A DNA stretch of 64,000 nt from NCBI RefSeq assembly GCF_000143415.4, contig NW_003314274.1, positions 2,462,623-2,526,622 of the forward strand, given 5' to 3'. This stretch comes from Selaginella moellendorffii. Taxonomy: Eukaryota; Plantae; Lycopodiophyta. The notes beneath the pieces were generated by a model, which searched no databases, was not told where the DNA came from, and saw only the letters and a list, made by a program, of their open reading frames with translations. How positions within the stretch are numbered: the stretch's first letter is position 1; each line of letters starts with the position of its first letter. This document shows positions 27,001 through 39,299 of this stretch, in pieces. The position numbers and the translations under genes were made by a program.

Positions 27001-30000
27001 ATCAGCAAGTGGGCTCTGACGCAAGACGTTCTGCTTGCATGCAGGTCCCGAACATGTTTCCTAGCGATGAAAAAGCCCAGGTACTTGAAGCGACAAAGGA
27101 AAAGGCGGCCAAGTTGGGGAAAGAACTCGACTCGCCAATGGAGCAATGGAGATACTTTGTCGAGCAGTGCAGGCAAAAGCTCCATGTCATCTTCTGCATG
27201 AGTCCCGTGGGACAAGCATTTAGGGATCGATTAAGGCAATTTCCTTCGTTGGTGAACTGCTGCACTATCGACTGGTTTCAGGTAAGGACTGCTAGATATT
27301 GTTGGGAGTTACTTATGCTCATCCTTGAATAGGAATGGCCCGTGGATGCTCTTGAGGCTGTAGCCTATAAGTTTCTTAAGGACATGCCGCTGGAGGATAA
27401 AGCAAGGGCAAGCATTGTAAAGATTTGCAAGGTATTTCTTTTCGTCTAAAGATATGTTTTAATACTGGATATGTTCCAGGCATTCCATGAGAATGTGCGC
27501 GAGTACTCTCTTCAATACAAGCTTAAGCAGGGGCGGCATAACTATGTGACTCCTACGTCCTACCTTGAACTTATCTCGACATTTCAGGTGCGTGGTTTGC
27601 GCGGTAATATCCACATTTGTCTGATGAATGTGAACCGCAGACGCTACTACAAACCAAACAAGAGGAAAAACTAAAACAGAAGAGAAGGTACGAAGTAGGA
27701 CTCGAGAAGCTCCAATCTAGTGCAGAGCAGGTCGCGGTCATGCAACAAGAGCTTCAAGATCTTATGCCGAAGCTGATAGTTACAGTAAGTATTGCGCGTT
27801 GTATGTTGCATCCTCTACTTAATGATGACTCCCGCCTTACCTTAGGTAGAAGAAGTGGAAAAACTTATGGCAAAAGTCGAGAGAGAAAAGAAAGAAGTGG
27901 TCGAACCAAAGAAGGCAATCGTGATGAAGGATGAGGCAGAAGCCAGCAAGCAGGCAGCTGAAGCTAAAGGAATTAAGGACGAGTGCGAGGCAGTGTTGGC
28001 CGTCGCAATGCCTGTGCTGGAAGAAGCTTTAGCGGCACTGGACACGCTATCAGCCAACGACATCAATTACGTGAAGAAGCTTTCAAATCCGCCGGCTGCA
28101 GTGAAGCTGGTGATGGAAGCTGTTTGTGTGATTCTCGACGTCAAGCCTGCAAAGATTCCGGACGGGAAGGGTGGGACGCTGATGGATTACTGGAAACCAT
28201 CAGTCGTTTTGCTGAACAACAAAGACTTTCTTCAAAATCTGAAAGATTATGACAAAGACAATATCGAGGCCAAGATTATCGCAAAGATCCGAAGTCAGTA
28301 TACGAGCAATCCAGAGTTTACACCTGCAAAAGCTGCTAATGCGTCGGCTGCCGCTGAGGGACTTTGCAAATGGATCATTGCAATGGACAAATATGATACA
28401 GTGGCTAAGTTTGTGGCACCAAAGAAAGCAAAACTTAGAGAAGCGGAGGGTAAATACGAAGTGGTGATGGTGGGGTTAAGGGCTAAGCAAACAGAGCTTA
28501 AAGGTTTACTAGATAAGTTGGGTCAACTCGAAGAAGAGCTTGATGCGAACATGCTGAAGAAAGAAAACCTTCAGGTAAAATCTTGATTTCCATACACACT
28601 TTCACCTCTACATTTTGTCTTTTCACTTCTGCAGCATGAAGTGAAAATGTGTACTGTCAAGCTAGAGAGAGCTGAACAGCTCATCGGAGGACTTGGAGGG
28701 GAGAAAACACGGTGGATTGCTGCGGCGAAGCAGCTAGGAATCGAGTACGTGAATCTCACAGGCGATGTTCTAGTGGCTTCAGGGATAATTGCCTATCTCG
28801 GTGCCTTCACTGCCGGGTATGCCTTCGGTTTTGTGTTTCTTTTCCCATGCAGAGTCATCCCTGTGTGTGTGACGCAGGTACCGGATTGAAATTGTCGACC
28901 TGTGGACAAAGCTTGTTCGCAGTGAAAACATTCCGCGTTCGACATCCTTCTCCTTCTTTGATATACTGGGTAATCCAGTGCATGTCCGCGAATGGATGAT
29001 AGCAGGGCTGCCAAACGATTCGTTTTCAATAGAAAACGGCATCATAGTTGCGAATTCTAGGCGGTGGCCGCTTATGATCGATCCGCAGGTATCTGCTGTG
29101 GTTGGCCATTTGTCTGCGTACTTGATGGTTTTGTTTGCCAGGGACAAGCCAACAAGTGGATCAGAAATATGGAGAGGGAACGAAACCTGCAGATAATCAA
29201 GCTGCTTGGTGGTGGTGACTACATGCGGATCCTCGAAAATGCCATCCAGTTTGGATTGCCAGTGCTCCTGGAAAACGTTGGCGAGGAGTTGGATCCATCC
29301 CTGGAACCTTTACTGCTGCGGCAGGTAAGAGACAGCCTTTGGAAACCTCTTCTCTGAGGAGCAACATCTGTCGTGCAGATTTTCAAATCAGGAGGCATGA
29401 TGTGCATAAAACTGGGAGACACGGTCATTGAGTACAACAACGACTTTAGATTCTACATAACTACAAAGTACCGCAACCCGCATTACTTGCCCGAAACGGC
29501 TGTCAAAGTGACCCTCCTGAATTTCATGATCACCAAAGATGGTTTGTCAGACCAACTCCTAGGTGTGGTTGTCGCCAAAGAGAGGCCCGATTTGGAGCAG
29601 CAAAAGAACGAGCTTGTGGTTCAGGTGAATAATTGTCTAAGTCACCATCGTTCAACCCCAGCCTCTTGTGTATTTCTCAGGGCGCGGAGAACAAGAGGAG
29701 GCTGAAAGAGCTAGAAGACAAGATCTTGGAAGTGCTGTCTAGCAGTGAAGGCAACATTCTGGAAGATGAGACTGCTGTGAAGATTATCTCAGAGGCCAAA
29801 GTCGTCGGTAATGATATCACCGTCAAACAGGTGCGCGCTGAATCTACTGTCCAGCTCGTGGCTGTCAACTTATATCGTGTCTCGCAGACCCTGGCTGAGC
29901 AAACGGAGAAAAATATTGACGAAGCTCGAAAGGGTTACCAGTCTTGTGGAGAGTATGCTGCCATACTGTTTTTCTGCATCACGGACCTTGCAAACATCGA

Positions 30001-32801
30001 TCCCATGTACCAGTACAGTCTACCATGGTTTTCATCGCTTTTCGTCATATCCATCGCTTCAAGCGAGAAGAACCCGGACCTGATTAAACGCTTGGAGATT
30101 ATTCAAGACTTCTTTCTATACGTCCTCTACAACAACGTGTGCAGATCCCTGTTTGAGAAGGACAAGCTGTTATTCTCGTGCCTTTTAGCTTCAAGGATCC
30201 TTGAGATGAAAGGTGAGATTTCGGTCCCAGAGTGGATGTTTTTCCTCACAGGAGGGGTGGCATCGTCGCCCGATCGTCCAAATCCTGCTCCGGAATGGTT
30301 GCTGGACAAAGCATGGGGTGAACTTTGCAGGGTGTCCAAGTTTCCCGCATTTGCCGACCTCAGTGACCATGTGATAGCCAACACGGCCGCGTGGAAGGCC
30401 ATGTTCTCATCACCGGAGCCACACATGGAAAGAATTCCAGGAAAATACGACGACGTCACCTCATTCCAGAAGCTGCTCGTTCTTCACTGCATTCGACCAG
30501 ACAAAGTTATTCCGGGTATACAACGCTTTGTGACTGAGAAGCTGGGGGAGGAATTCGTCCAGCCGCCGCAGTTCAACCTTGCCTCCTGCTACAAGGACTC
30601 GAGTGCAACGTGCCCCCTCATCTTCGTCTTGTCGCCGGGGAGTGATCCCACCGCTGCTCTCCTCAAGTTTGCAGGTACTGTCCGTCCTTCACCCTGAACT
30701 TGATCTCTACAGCTCTTGTTATTGCAGGCGACATGGAAATGGGAGACAGGCTTGCTCCCATTTCTCTTGGGCAAGGCCAAGGGCCAAAGGCCGCGACGAT
30801 GATCACCGATGCCATGGCAACAGGTTCTCAAAACTATAAGACAATATTAACTCTAACGCGGCGGACTTGCAAGCAGGTTCATGGGTCCTCCTCCAGAACT
30901 GTCACCTTGCTCCGTCCTGGATGCCCGAGCTCGAGAGGATTTGCGAGAACGTTCCTGCTGAAGTTCATCAGGACTTCCGGCTCTGGATGACTTCCTATCC
31001 AAGTCCCAAGTTCCCTATAACAGTTTTGCAGGTTTGGTGCTCCTTTCAAATGTGTGCCTGATCTCTTTAATCGCATGATCGATCCAGAACGGGGTGAAGA
31101 TGACGAATGAGCCCCCGAAAGGCCTCAGAGCCAACATGCGAAGATCATACGGCCTGGATCCAATATCAAACGAGGAGTTCTTTGAGAGCTCCAACCAGCC
31201 CGAGGTTTTCAAAGGCCTCCTGTTCGGTCTCACTTTCTTCCATGCCGTTGTGCAAGAGAGGCGTAACTTTGGACCTTTGGGGTGGAACATTCCATATGGG
31301 TTTGATGACGGAGATCTGAGAATAAGGTAAAGCTTGACACTGTTTTAGCGACTGAACTCGAAACTTGTGACTTCTACAGCGTTCGCCAGCTACATATGTT
31401 CATCAATGAGAGCACTCCTGGTCAACTTCCATTGGAGGCACTGAGATACGTGACTGGAGAATGCAACTATGGAGGACGAGTTACAGGTCTGGATTGTACA
31501 GTCTTTTGTCGACTCTTGTGCTCAAGAAAATCTCTCCTCTGTGCAGATGACAAGGATAGGCTGCTTCTAAACACCATCCTCCGCACAGTTTACTGCCCTG
31601 AAATGCCGCAGCCAGGGTACAAGCTCTCTGAGTCTGGCATCTACCAGACACCTGAGCCTGGGAACTGGGAATCCTACGCCAAAACCATCGACACATTCCC
31701 AATTATCCCGGGGCCCGAGGTCTTTGGCTTGCATACCAATGCCGACATAACTAAGGACATGAACGCCACGGCTTTAATCCTCAGCTCCTTGCTCGCAACC
31801 TCGGCCGCTATGGTGAGCGCAGGTGGCGGGGGCGGCGGGGGTGACGGGGGTGGTGGCGAGGGGGGAGTAGCGGTGGTGGTGAGGGAGATACTCAGGATTC
31901 TTCCTCCCAACTTTGATATCGAGGCTTGCGAGAGGAAGTACCCGGTTCTTTACGAGGAAAGCATGAACACGGTGCTGAGCCAGGAGATGACTCGGTTTAA
32001 CAAGCTCCTCGACAGGTTGGTTTGGCAATCTTGTGTTTCTTCTTTTTGCTACAGCTCTCCTTTACAGGATTCGGGGATCGCTCATCAACATGGAGAAAGC
32101 GATTCGCGGAGTTGTGGTTATGTCTGCCGAGCTTGAAACGGCCTATAAGAGCATGATGATCAACCAGGTGCTTTTCTCTTGTCACTTTGACGAAATGTTC
32201 CCGAACTCTCTTTGTGGACCAGGTACCCGCGCTGTGGCAGAAGGTGTCGTACCCATCCCTCAAGCCACTCTCTTCCTACATCACCGATCTCATGGAGAGG
32301 CTGCACTACTTGCAAGACTGGTACGACCATGGCGTCCCCGCAGTCCACTGGGTGAGCGGCTTCTTCTTCGCGCAGTCCTTCCTCACGGCGGCCATGCAAA
32401 ACTACGCCCGCAAGCACCGCTACGCCATCGACACCCTGGGCTTCGACTACTTCGTGGTGGATGGCGAGCCAACGCAGGCACCGCGGGAGGGAGTGTACAT
32501 CAAGGGCCTCTACCTCGAGGGCTGCGCCTGGGATCCCGTCAACAAGTGCCTGTGTGAGTCGCAGCCCAAGGTGATCTTCGTGCCGGCGCCAATCATCTGG
32601 CTCAAGCCCGTGCTCCAGTCGGACATGCGGGACTTCAATCACTACAACTGTCCGGTGTACCGGACAATGGAGAGGCGAGGTGTTCTTGCCACGACTGGCC
32701 ACTCCACCAACTTCTTGATGTATCTCAAGATGCCCAGCAAGGAGCCGGCCGATCATTGGATACGTCGAGGAGTCGCCATGCTCTGCTCGCTCTCAGACTA
32801 A
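18019..32801 (+). CDS. Axonemal inner-arm (single-headed) dynein heavy chain, many exons
   Basis: P-loops [33 protein letters not shown]; '[10 protein letters not shown]', '[23 protein letters not shown]'; stalk/MTBD; C-terminal '[14 protein letters not shown]...[11 protein letters not shown]'; stop TAA 32799-32801. Confidence 0.97.
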
Positions 32802-32837
32802 AACCCAGACGTAAGAGCGCTAGAGAATGTACATATG

Positions 32838-32854
32838 TATATATATATATATAT
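32838..32854. repeat. (TA)n microsatellite between dynein and NudC 3' ends
   Basis: tatatatatatatatat. Confidence 0.85.
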
Positions 32855-32891
32855 CTATGCTCTGGTTACGTTAGAAAGGAGCCACCTAGCG

Positions 32892-33582
32892 CTAGTGTTT
32901 CATACCACCCATGAATGTTTTCGGGTTAGGACACTGGCCACTGAATTCTGCTTGCGAGAAATCAAATCCCGGGTGCTACACACGCGATGGAAACGATAAG
33001 AGAGAGAAAAGGAGAGAGAAGGCCCTTGACTTGTACCTCTTCCTGGAAGCGTTCAAGCATTAGTCGACGCTTCTCCAAATCTGCCGAGTAAGGATCCAAT
33101 TGTCCATGTCCCTCAATCGCGGTTTGCCACGGCTGGCCCTTGTCTCGTTTCTGGAGATTAATGTGCAGAGTCTCGTCCTCTGAGGAAAAAAGAGTGAGAA
33201 TGGACCGCGCTCTCAATGGAGGCGGGCGTACCTATTGTCCAGAACGAGCCATCCAGCTTGACAGGGCCCCCTAGATTGTGCTGGAAAGCGGCATAGCATG
33301 GTCAGGCAGCGCATACAACTCAAACTCGGCTTACATTGAGGTATGGCGGATTCCCTTTGATGCCGACTTCCACATGTTGCAGCTGGATATTGCAGGAGAA
33401 GAGCTTCTTGGGAATTTGCTTGGGCAAATCGATGTAGATATTCACCTCGTCCAGCGTCTGATCCCACTCGTAGATGGTCTGCCCTGCACATAGTTAGAGC
33501 TAAGTGCCCGGCAGTGGAGGGAGGCGGGCATACCATTGTGGACGAACTTGTGGCGCTTGTCGGGGGCGAGCTTGTCGGACAT
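32892..33582 (-). CDS. NudC-domain (CS/p23) protein, NudCD2-like, multi-exon
   Basis: Spliced translation '[97 protein letters not shown]'. Confidence 0.88.
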
Positions 33583-33883
33583 AGCTGCTCTCGAGGAGGA
33601 CGCGCCCTAAAATGCTGTGCCCTACTTGATGTGTCTCTGGAAATAAGTAAACGATTTCCGGCGGTATTAGTTAAAACAAACAGCACACGTGAAAGCATGC
33701 GATTTAAACCATGTGTGCTGTTCCCGATTCTCCCTACCACCTTGACCACCGAATCCAGTAAACAAACAATTCCCATGACAAGTCATATTATAAGCTCGGC
33801 AAGGCGGGGAGAGCGAGTGAGGCGAGTGAAGCGCGGAAGAGTGCACACTCACAGCGCGCTTTCATGTACCGTGCAGCTTCAAC

Positions 33884-34897
33884 ATGGTAAACTAATCTCT
33901 CCTTGGTCTTGGTCTTGGCATGACACCAACTGGCGTGGTATCAGATCTTCAGGTGGTTGCACCGCAAGTTCCTTGAGCCCAAACATTCCAACCGAGGTGA
34001 GGGCCTACTTTTGTTTCCATTCCAACAGAGCTCAATGTTTGCTGCAGCCGACACAAGCAGCAGCAAGCCGAGGGTGTTAGCAGCACCAGTCACAAGCGGC
34101 AGCACCAGCTCCAGCACCAGCAGCACATCCAAAAGCTCTTCCAGTAGCAGCAGCAGCAGTAGCTGCTGTGCCTGTGGAGATGCTCCCGAGCAGGAGCTCT
34201 CTAACCCAGGAAATCCAAGAGCAGACGAACAACTCACCCAAGGCCGCCTGATCATGAGCGGCAAAGTATTCCCGACGCAGAGACGAGGCATGGTTGCAGC
34301 GCAAGCGCAACGCCGATCTCAGCTTGCCGTTCCTAGTCCTGCCGCTGCTGACACTGCCAACTGCACCAACAGCATCAAACTCCGGCGAGTGAAGTGCCTC
34401 TTTTCTGTCATCCGATCTCCTCTCAAGTGGACATGGCCACAGTGCCACTCCCACAAAAGAAGCTCCAGTCGGCCGCGGATAAAATGTGCCAGCTTCCAAA
34501 AGGTAATACAATGTTTTAGTGCTCTTCGGTGCTTCCACACTTATCTTCCACAGGTGCTCGCCAGGCTGCAAAAGCGGGCCTGCTTTTCATCTTGTCGCAC
34601 CAGCACCGGCACTAGCAACCACCAGTTGCCAGTCTCAGCCCAGGTTCCTAATCCAGCTCAAGCGCCAAACAGATTTCTCAGCCCCTCCCACCCTACTGCT
34701 GCCTCAGAATCAGTCCAAGTTTCACCTCAGAAACGATCCTTTCGGAAATCGCTCAGCGCCTCCGACCCGGAATATTGGATCAACAGCAACTCTGACTGTG
34801 AGTGTACTTTCGTGTTGCCGAGCGTTCTGATCGTATCACCCTTAATGCAGACGTCGATTTCGTCATGACAAGTGACATGAAAGATTCCAGAAAATGA
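33884..34897 (+). CDS. LAZY/DRO1 (IGT family)-like protein, 5 exons (33884-33886, 33945-33996, 34048-34502, 34554-34797, 34851-34897; 266 aa)
   Basis: ATG|intron|'IFRWLHRKF' (LAZY domain I-like), 'FQK|VLARLQKR' (domain IV-like) and 'EYWINSNSD|YVDFVM' (CCL/domain V-like). All introns GT-AG, 51-58 nt, frame-consistent. Confidence 0.65.
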
Positions 34898-35032
34898 TCC
34901 TGATGTAACTGGCCAAGAGTGTAAACATGTCTAAGCCGACATGGAAATGGACTGCTAGCCATAGCGTTTCCACCTATGTGAAAGAACATTGGTAAACTTC
35001 TATAAAAACACAGAATACCTGTTGCGTGGCAG

Positions 35033-38000
35033 CTACTTGTTGGCCTCTGCAGCTTGAAAGAGCCGACCCAATGCGAAACTTTTCGAACTTTTTGTCTTTC
35101 TACAGCTGATGTTTGTGGTTGATCCCGCTCGTACCCTCTCCATGATCATCTGCTTTCCGGAGTGATCTTCATCGTACGCAACAATCTAGAGAGATGAAAA
35201 AGGTCAACCGAGAAGTACCAGGACAGAAGAAAGTACCTGTGACTCAATCTGAAACTCCTCATGCCCACTGTCGCCACCATTACTTAATGCATTTGAATCG
35301 CCTTCATGCTCAAGGAATCTGCTAAAAAATATGACTACAGCCACCAGGACGACGCCACCAAGCTTACCTTCCCGCCTTTGCGTTCTCAGACAGAAGGCTT
35401 CCTTTATCCCTGACAGCAGCTTCAGAAAGGAGCTGACAACCGTCAAGGTTTGCAGCGCATAAACATTTCAAACAAAAGGATACGTCGTACTCGTTCTCCT
35501 CTTCTCCTGATAAATTTCCTTCCCATTTAGCCTGAGAACACGCGGAATGAAATTGCGCGGAACAGTTTAATGACATGAAATCTACCTTGCCTGTTTGAGC
35601 CAAAAGATGTTCAATGGCAGCCGCGACATCTGGTTGAGACGGCATACTGTCCTCAATCTCGACCCCTAACTGAAATAAGTCTTTGGCGTCGCCACCAGGT
35701 GTAGCCTGTGTGTGTTTTGCTATGTCTGGACGATTACTTTCCGCACCAGTCGTTGACCAGCTAGCGGTCAGCACTTCCCAGGCGTCAAAACCACCTTCAT
35801 CACACGCAGCTGGCCGTTTACAAGTATCAGAGCTCCTGCTGTTAGATGACTTCCTCTTCCCTGGCGTGAGACGAAAAGGTCAATTTGGTTTTTCTAATGT
35901 AAAGCTCTACCTGAGCAAATTCCTTCGGAGCGACATTTCTGTGTCACCACCCACTGCGAGCCTTCTATGCGAGAGCGACCTGAAGGAGGAGCTTGCACTG
36001 AGTAGTCTTCAAGAGAAACCACTGCGTTCTGTAGCAGAGGTTAGTAAGCATTACAGTTTACGTGCAAATACCTGGCCAACACAAGCGTAAAGCCACTCGA
36101 TTGTGACAGCCGGAATACCAAGTAGAACTGCAGCTTGAAATTTGTCTCCATCGCCCGCTTTACACAAAAGATGCGTTACCTTCTTCGTCAAGGTGTTGTT
36201 GAATTTTGCGCCCAGAAGACCGCAAAGGTGACGGCATAATGTCCGATCTTTATCATCGTATTGAGAAATGCATAGTCTGAAGCTCTCAAAACCAGGTAGC
36301 GGTATTCTGCAGGGTAAGGGACGGTACAAAACGTGGCCCTTAGTGTCAAGCAGCTTCCCCTCCTAAAAGATAACCATTGGTACAAAATAAATCACAGAAA
36401 ACAACTCTCACCAGAAGACACTGTTGTAGCCAATGTATGGACACGATGGAGACGTTGAGCTTTGGTGATGGAGAACCGTGGAAACCGATCAAGTAATCAG
36501 CTTTGCTGCATGCATCTTCAAAAGCCCCTCCAGCCGCTTTAATACCTTCAACAATTTCCTTTTTGATCACCTGTTTGGAAGAACAATGTCGGGCCTCATA
36601 AGAAGAAAAGATCAATACCTCGTAACAACTGGACTTTTCTAAGAATGCGAAAGTGACACCGAAAAACACGCCTTTCTCCTTCTGTTCCTTCATATCAGAA
36701 TTTGCAGCAGAAACAGTTTCTAGGACGACTGCAGTTGCGGGAGATATGTCGAGGGACTGCACACGGTGAGGTTTCTGAGGAAGCACATCGGATCTAAGGC
36801 TCCCTGCCGAAAGCACAAAAGGTTATGAGATGCAGAGAAAGGTTTAGTACCTGGCAGCATTTGAGATGGAACGTGTGTATTAGCTACACCAATTTCTTGC
36901 CGAGTTTGTGCACACTCCTCAAGCCAGGCTGAGGTGACAACTTGTATTGCACCCCCTGCAGTAGCCCGTTGAACGCTCTTAACCTCACTGGTTTCGCAAA
37001 TAGGATGTAAAACATAATAGAGAGAGAGGAAAAAAAGGGAGGCTTACCTGTCGGATACACTTCCCAGAACAATATGAGTAACTGTCTTATTCAGCTCTAT
37101 GTACCTTGTGGCTCCACCATCCAAAACAATATCTACAAGACGTTTCATGTCATCCGGCTGAAAGCCTACTATATAGAAGCGACAGTTTGCAAGGTACGAA
37201 TCAGCTTCTGTCCGGCCGCTTCCTTGCAGAGGCTGGACAACCTGTAAACCACCTGAATGACACTGATTGGCCACAACCTGATAACTGATGCTTTCCGGCA
37301 TGTCATCGACCACGCTAGTGTCATTTCTCGCTTGTACTGTAACTGGGAACAAGTCCTCGTCGAGACAAACTGCTTAAGGAAATGCTGTTAGCGCATCATC
37401 CTTTGTCATCATCAATACCTTGTGAGGCTAAACTCTGCCATAGCCAATCCTGGTTAACAACCTTGATCGTCCCCCACGTTTTTGAAGCCAAAAACTTTTC
37501 CCCGTCGGGCGAGTGTTTCATGTCAAGGAGTTTTCTTTGATGAACGATAAAAACCAGCAATGGATATGGTAGCTATGAGATGTGTGCATTCCTTGGTCAG
37601 GTTAGGGGAGTAGGATGCCCCGTTCTGGTTTGCAGCTTCAGCTATCCGCACCCGCACGTCTATCACAACGGTCGCAATAACTCAATTAGCCATGTACGAT
37701 AGATAGCAGCAACACGTACCAACGGGTACCTGTGTCGCACAAATGTTGAGACCAGACAGGGGAGAGAGCTTGTGAGGTCGATGAGGGACAAGCTGGTGTT
37801 CCCGAGAGCACAGGTCCAGCCAGCTCAAACCAACAACAGGCTTCTTTTGTTGGCATGCTACCTGCCATGTAAGTTGCCCAGGAGCTGGGTGGGATACATG
37901 TATGAATGAGAAAAGAACCTGATACGCTGGACTGGAGACACCTTTAGCAATTACAAAGTCGGTGGACGAAGAGACGCTGGCATCCAAAGTTCCGCACATG

Positions 38001-38518
38001 GACGTCACAAGCCACTCGATCTTGGACTGTCAAGGAATGTAAAGATTGCTATCGTCTCAGGCAGGCACGAGGGATGGCTACCTTGAGCTTTGAATCATCA
38101 AAGCCGGTTGCGTGGACACGGATGCCCTCCAACGCGAGGCAGCAAGTACAAGGTCGCCTGGGAAGTGGCTTGCTCATTTTGGCGCACTGGAAAACACATT
38201 GAGGGCCTGCGCATGGAGTGAGTAGCACTAGGCCGAAAAACTAAGTAGCTTACCAAGGATCTGACACCCTTTGTCTTGCAACGAGCGGGCTTTGTCCTGC
38301 ACGAGAGCTAAGGCAGCTAGGGCAAAGAGAGAGCGAGAGAGAAATACCGAGTCGGGCGCGAAGAGGACGTGGAAATCAAGCGACGAGTGCGCGGATGGAT
38401 CGCAGCAGATGTTGACCTGGGCGCCGCGCTGCCGCAGGATGTCGTGCAGGCTGTCGATGACATCCGGTGGCAGCAGATTGCGCGAGAGGTAGAGCTTGGC
38501 CCCGGCGAAGAGCGCCAT
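35033..38518 (-). CDS. MEI1: Multi-BRCT TOPBP1/MEI1-like DNA replication/checkpoint protein, many exons
   Basis: N-terminus 'LFAGAKLYLSRNLLPPDVIDSLHDIL'; BRCT repeats ('GGATRYIELNKTVTHIVLG', 'LCISQYDDKDRTLCRHLCGLLGAKFNNTLTKKVTHLLCK..IEWL'); C-terminal 'ESQIVAYDEDHSGKQMIMERVR'; stop TAG at 35035-35033. Confidence 0.85.
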
Positions 38519-38762
38519 GGCCGTGCCCTATTAGGGCAGACAAAGCGCGGGAAGATCCGCAGCGAATCTGCATCGAATTTTGAGTGTTTGTACTGGGCAA
38601 GCAAGCCATACTAAAAGTGTGCGCATTTAGCATCGGACCAAGGGGTTGACCGAGCGATGGCCGCACCAGTGACCGGTCCAACGTGGGCCACGTGGTCCAG
38701 CTCCAAGTCAAACGTGTGCTGCTGTTGCTGCTGCTGCTGGTGGTGGCGTTGGGAGTGAACTG

Positions 38763-38769
38763 GGTAGGT
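38763..38769 (-). promoter_or_regulatory. AC-I element (ACCTACC) upstream of 4CL
   Basis: ggtaggt on + strand ~530 bp upstream of the 4CL ATG; AC elements are MYB sites typical of phenylpropanoid promoters. Confidence 0.25.
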
Positions 38770-38880
38770 GGTCGCAGCGACCAGTAAGTATGCTTCTTTC
38801 TTTTCCTGTATCTTTATAAAGACTGCCACGATTCTTCTCCTCAATGCTTCCTTGGCGGAGCATTCCACCCAGTTCTCCCT

Positions 38881-38888
38881 TTTGGCGC
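38881..38888. promoter_or_regulatory. E2F consensus site (TTTGGCGC) upstream of TOPBP1/MEI1
   Basis: Exact TTTSSCGC match ~360 bp upstream of the ATG at 38518; near-match GCGGGAAG at 38547-38554. Confidence 0.3.
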
Positions 38889-39010
38889 GGCGGAGGCGAC
38901 TGAGAGAGAGAAGGAGAGAGATCGAGATCGGGGACGGAGAGAGCAAAGAAAAAAGGAAAGCAGCGCAGCGTGGACCAATTCTCGCCACCCAGACGGGCAG
39001 ATGGCTTCTC

Positions 39011-39013
<3 letters not shown>

Positions 39014-39048
<35 letters not shown>
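39014..39048. repeat. (AG)n microsatellite / GAGA element
   Basis: ~17 AG units in the TOPBP1-4CL intergenic region. Confidence 0.95.
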
Positions 39049-39052
<4 letters not shown>

Positions 39053-39299
39053 GAGTGTTAATTAGCAGAGCCAGGGGCATCTCCGTAAAACTATAGTTTT
39101 GAGAGGAGCCGGGTAAAAATCAATTCCCAGGGAGGAGGCCGAGATTCTCGTGGGTGGCGTCGTGGTGGTTCCACAAATCCAGTCGGCTGCGTGCTTTGCG
39201 TGTGCTTAGAAACGAGAGCGATTCCGGAGAGTTGAGCAGGGAGCTTGTTGCTCTCGCTCATTCCTTGTCAGATTTGCATCCAGTGGAGGAGCTGTTGCC

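Noticed and set aside
33997-34028. Alternative 32-nt intron in the LAZY-like gene
   Set aside because: It shifts the frame to a premature TAG; the 51-nt acceptor at 34047 keeps the frame.
38611-39080. ORFs across the TOPBP1-4CL spacer
   Set aside because: Low-complexity translations of (AG)n and (CTG)n promoter repeats.
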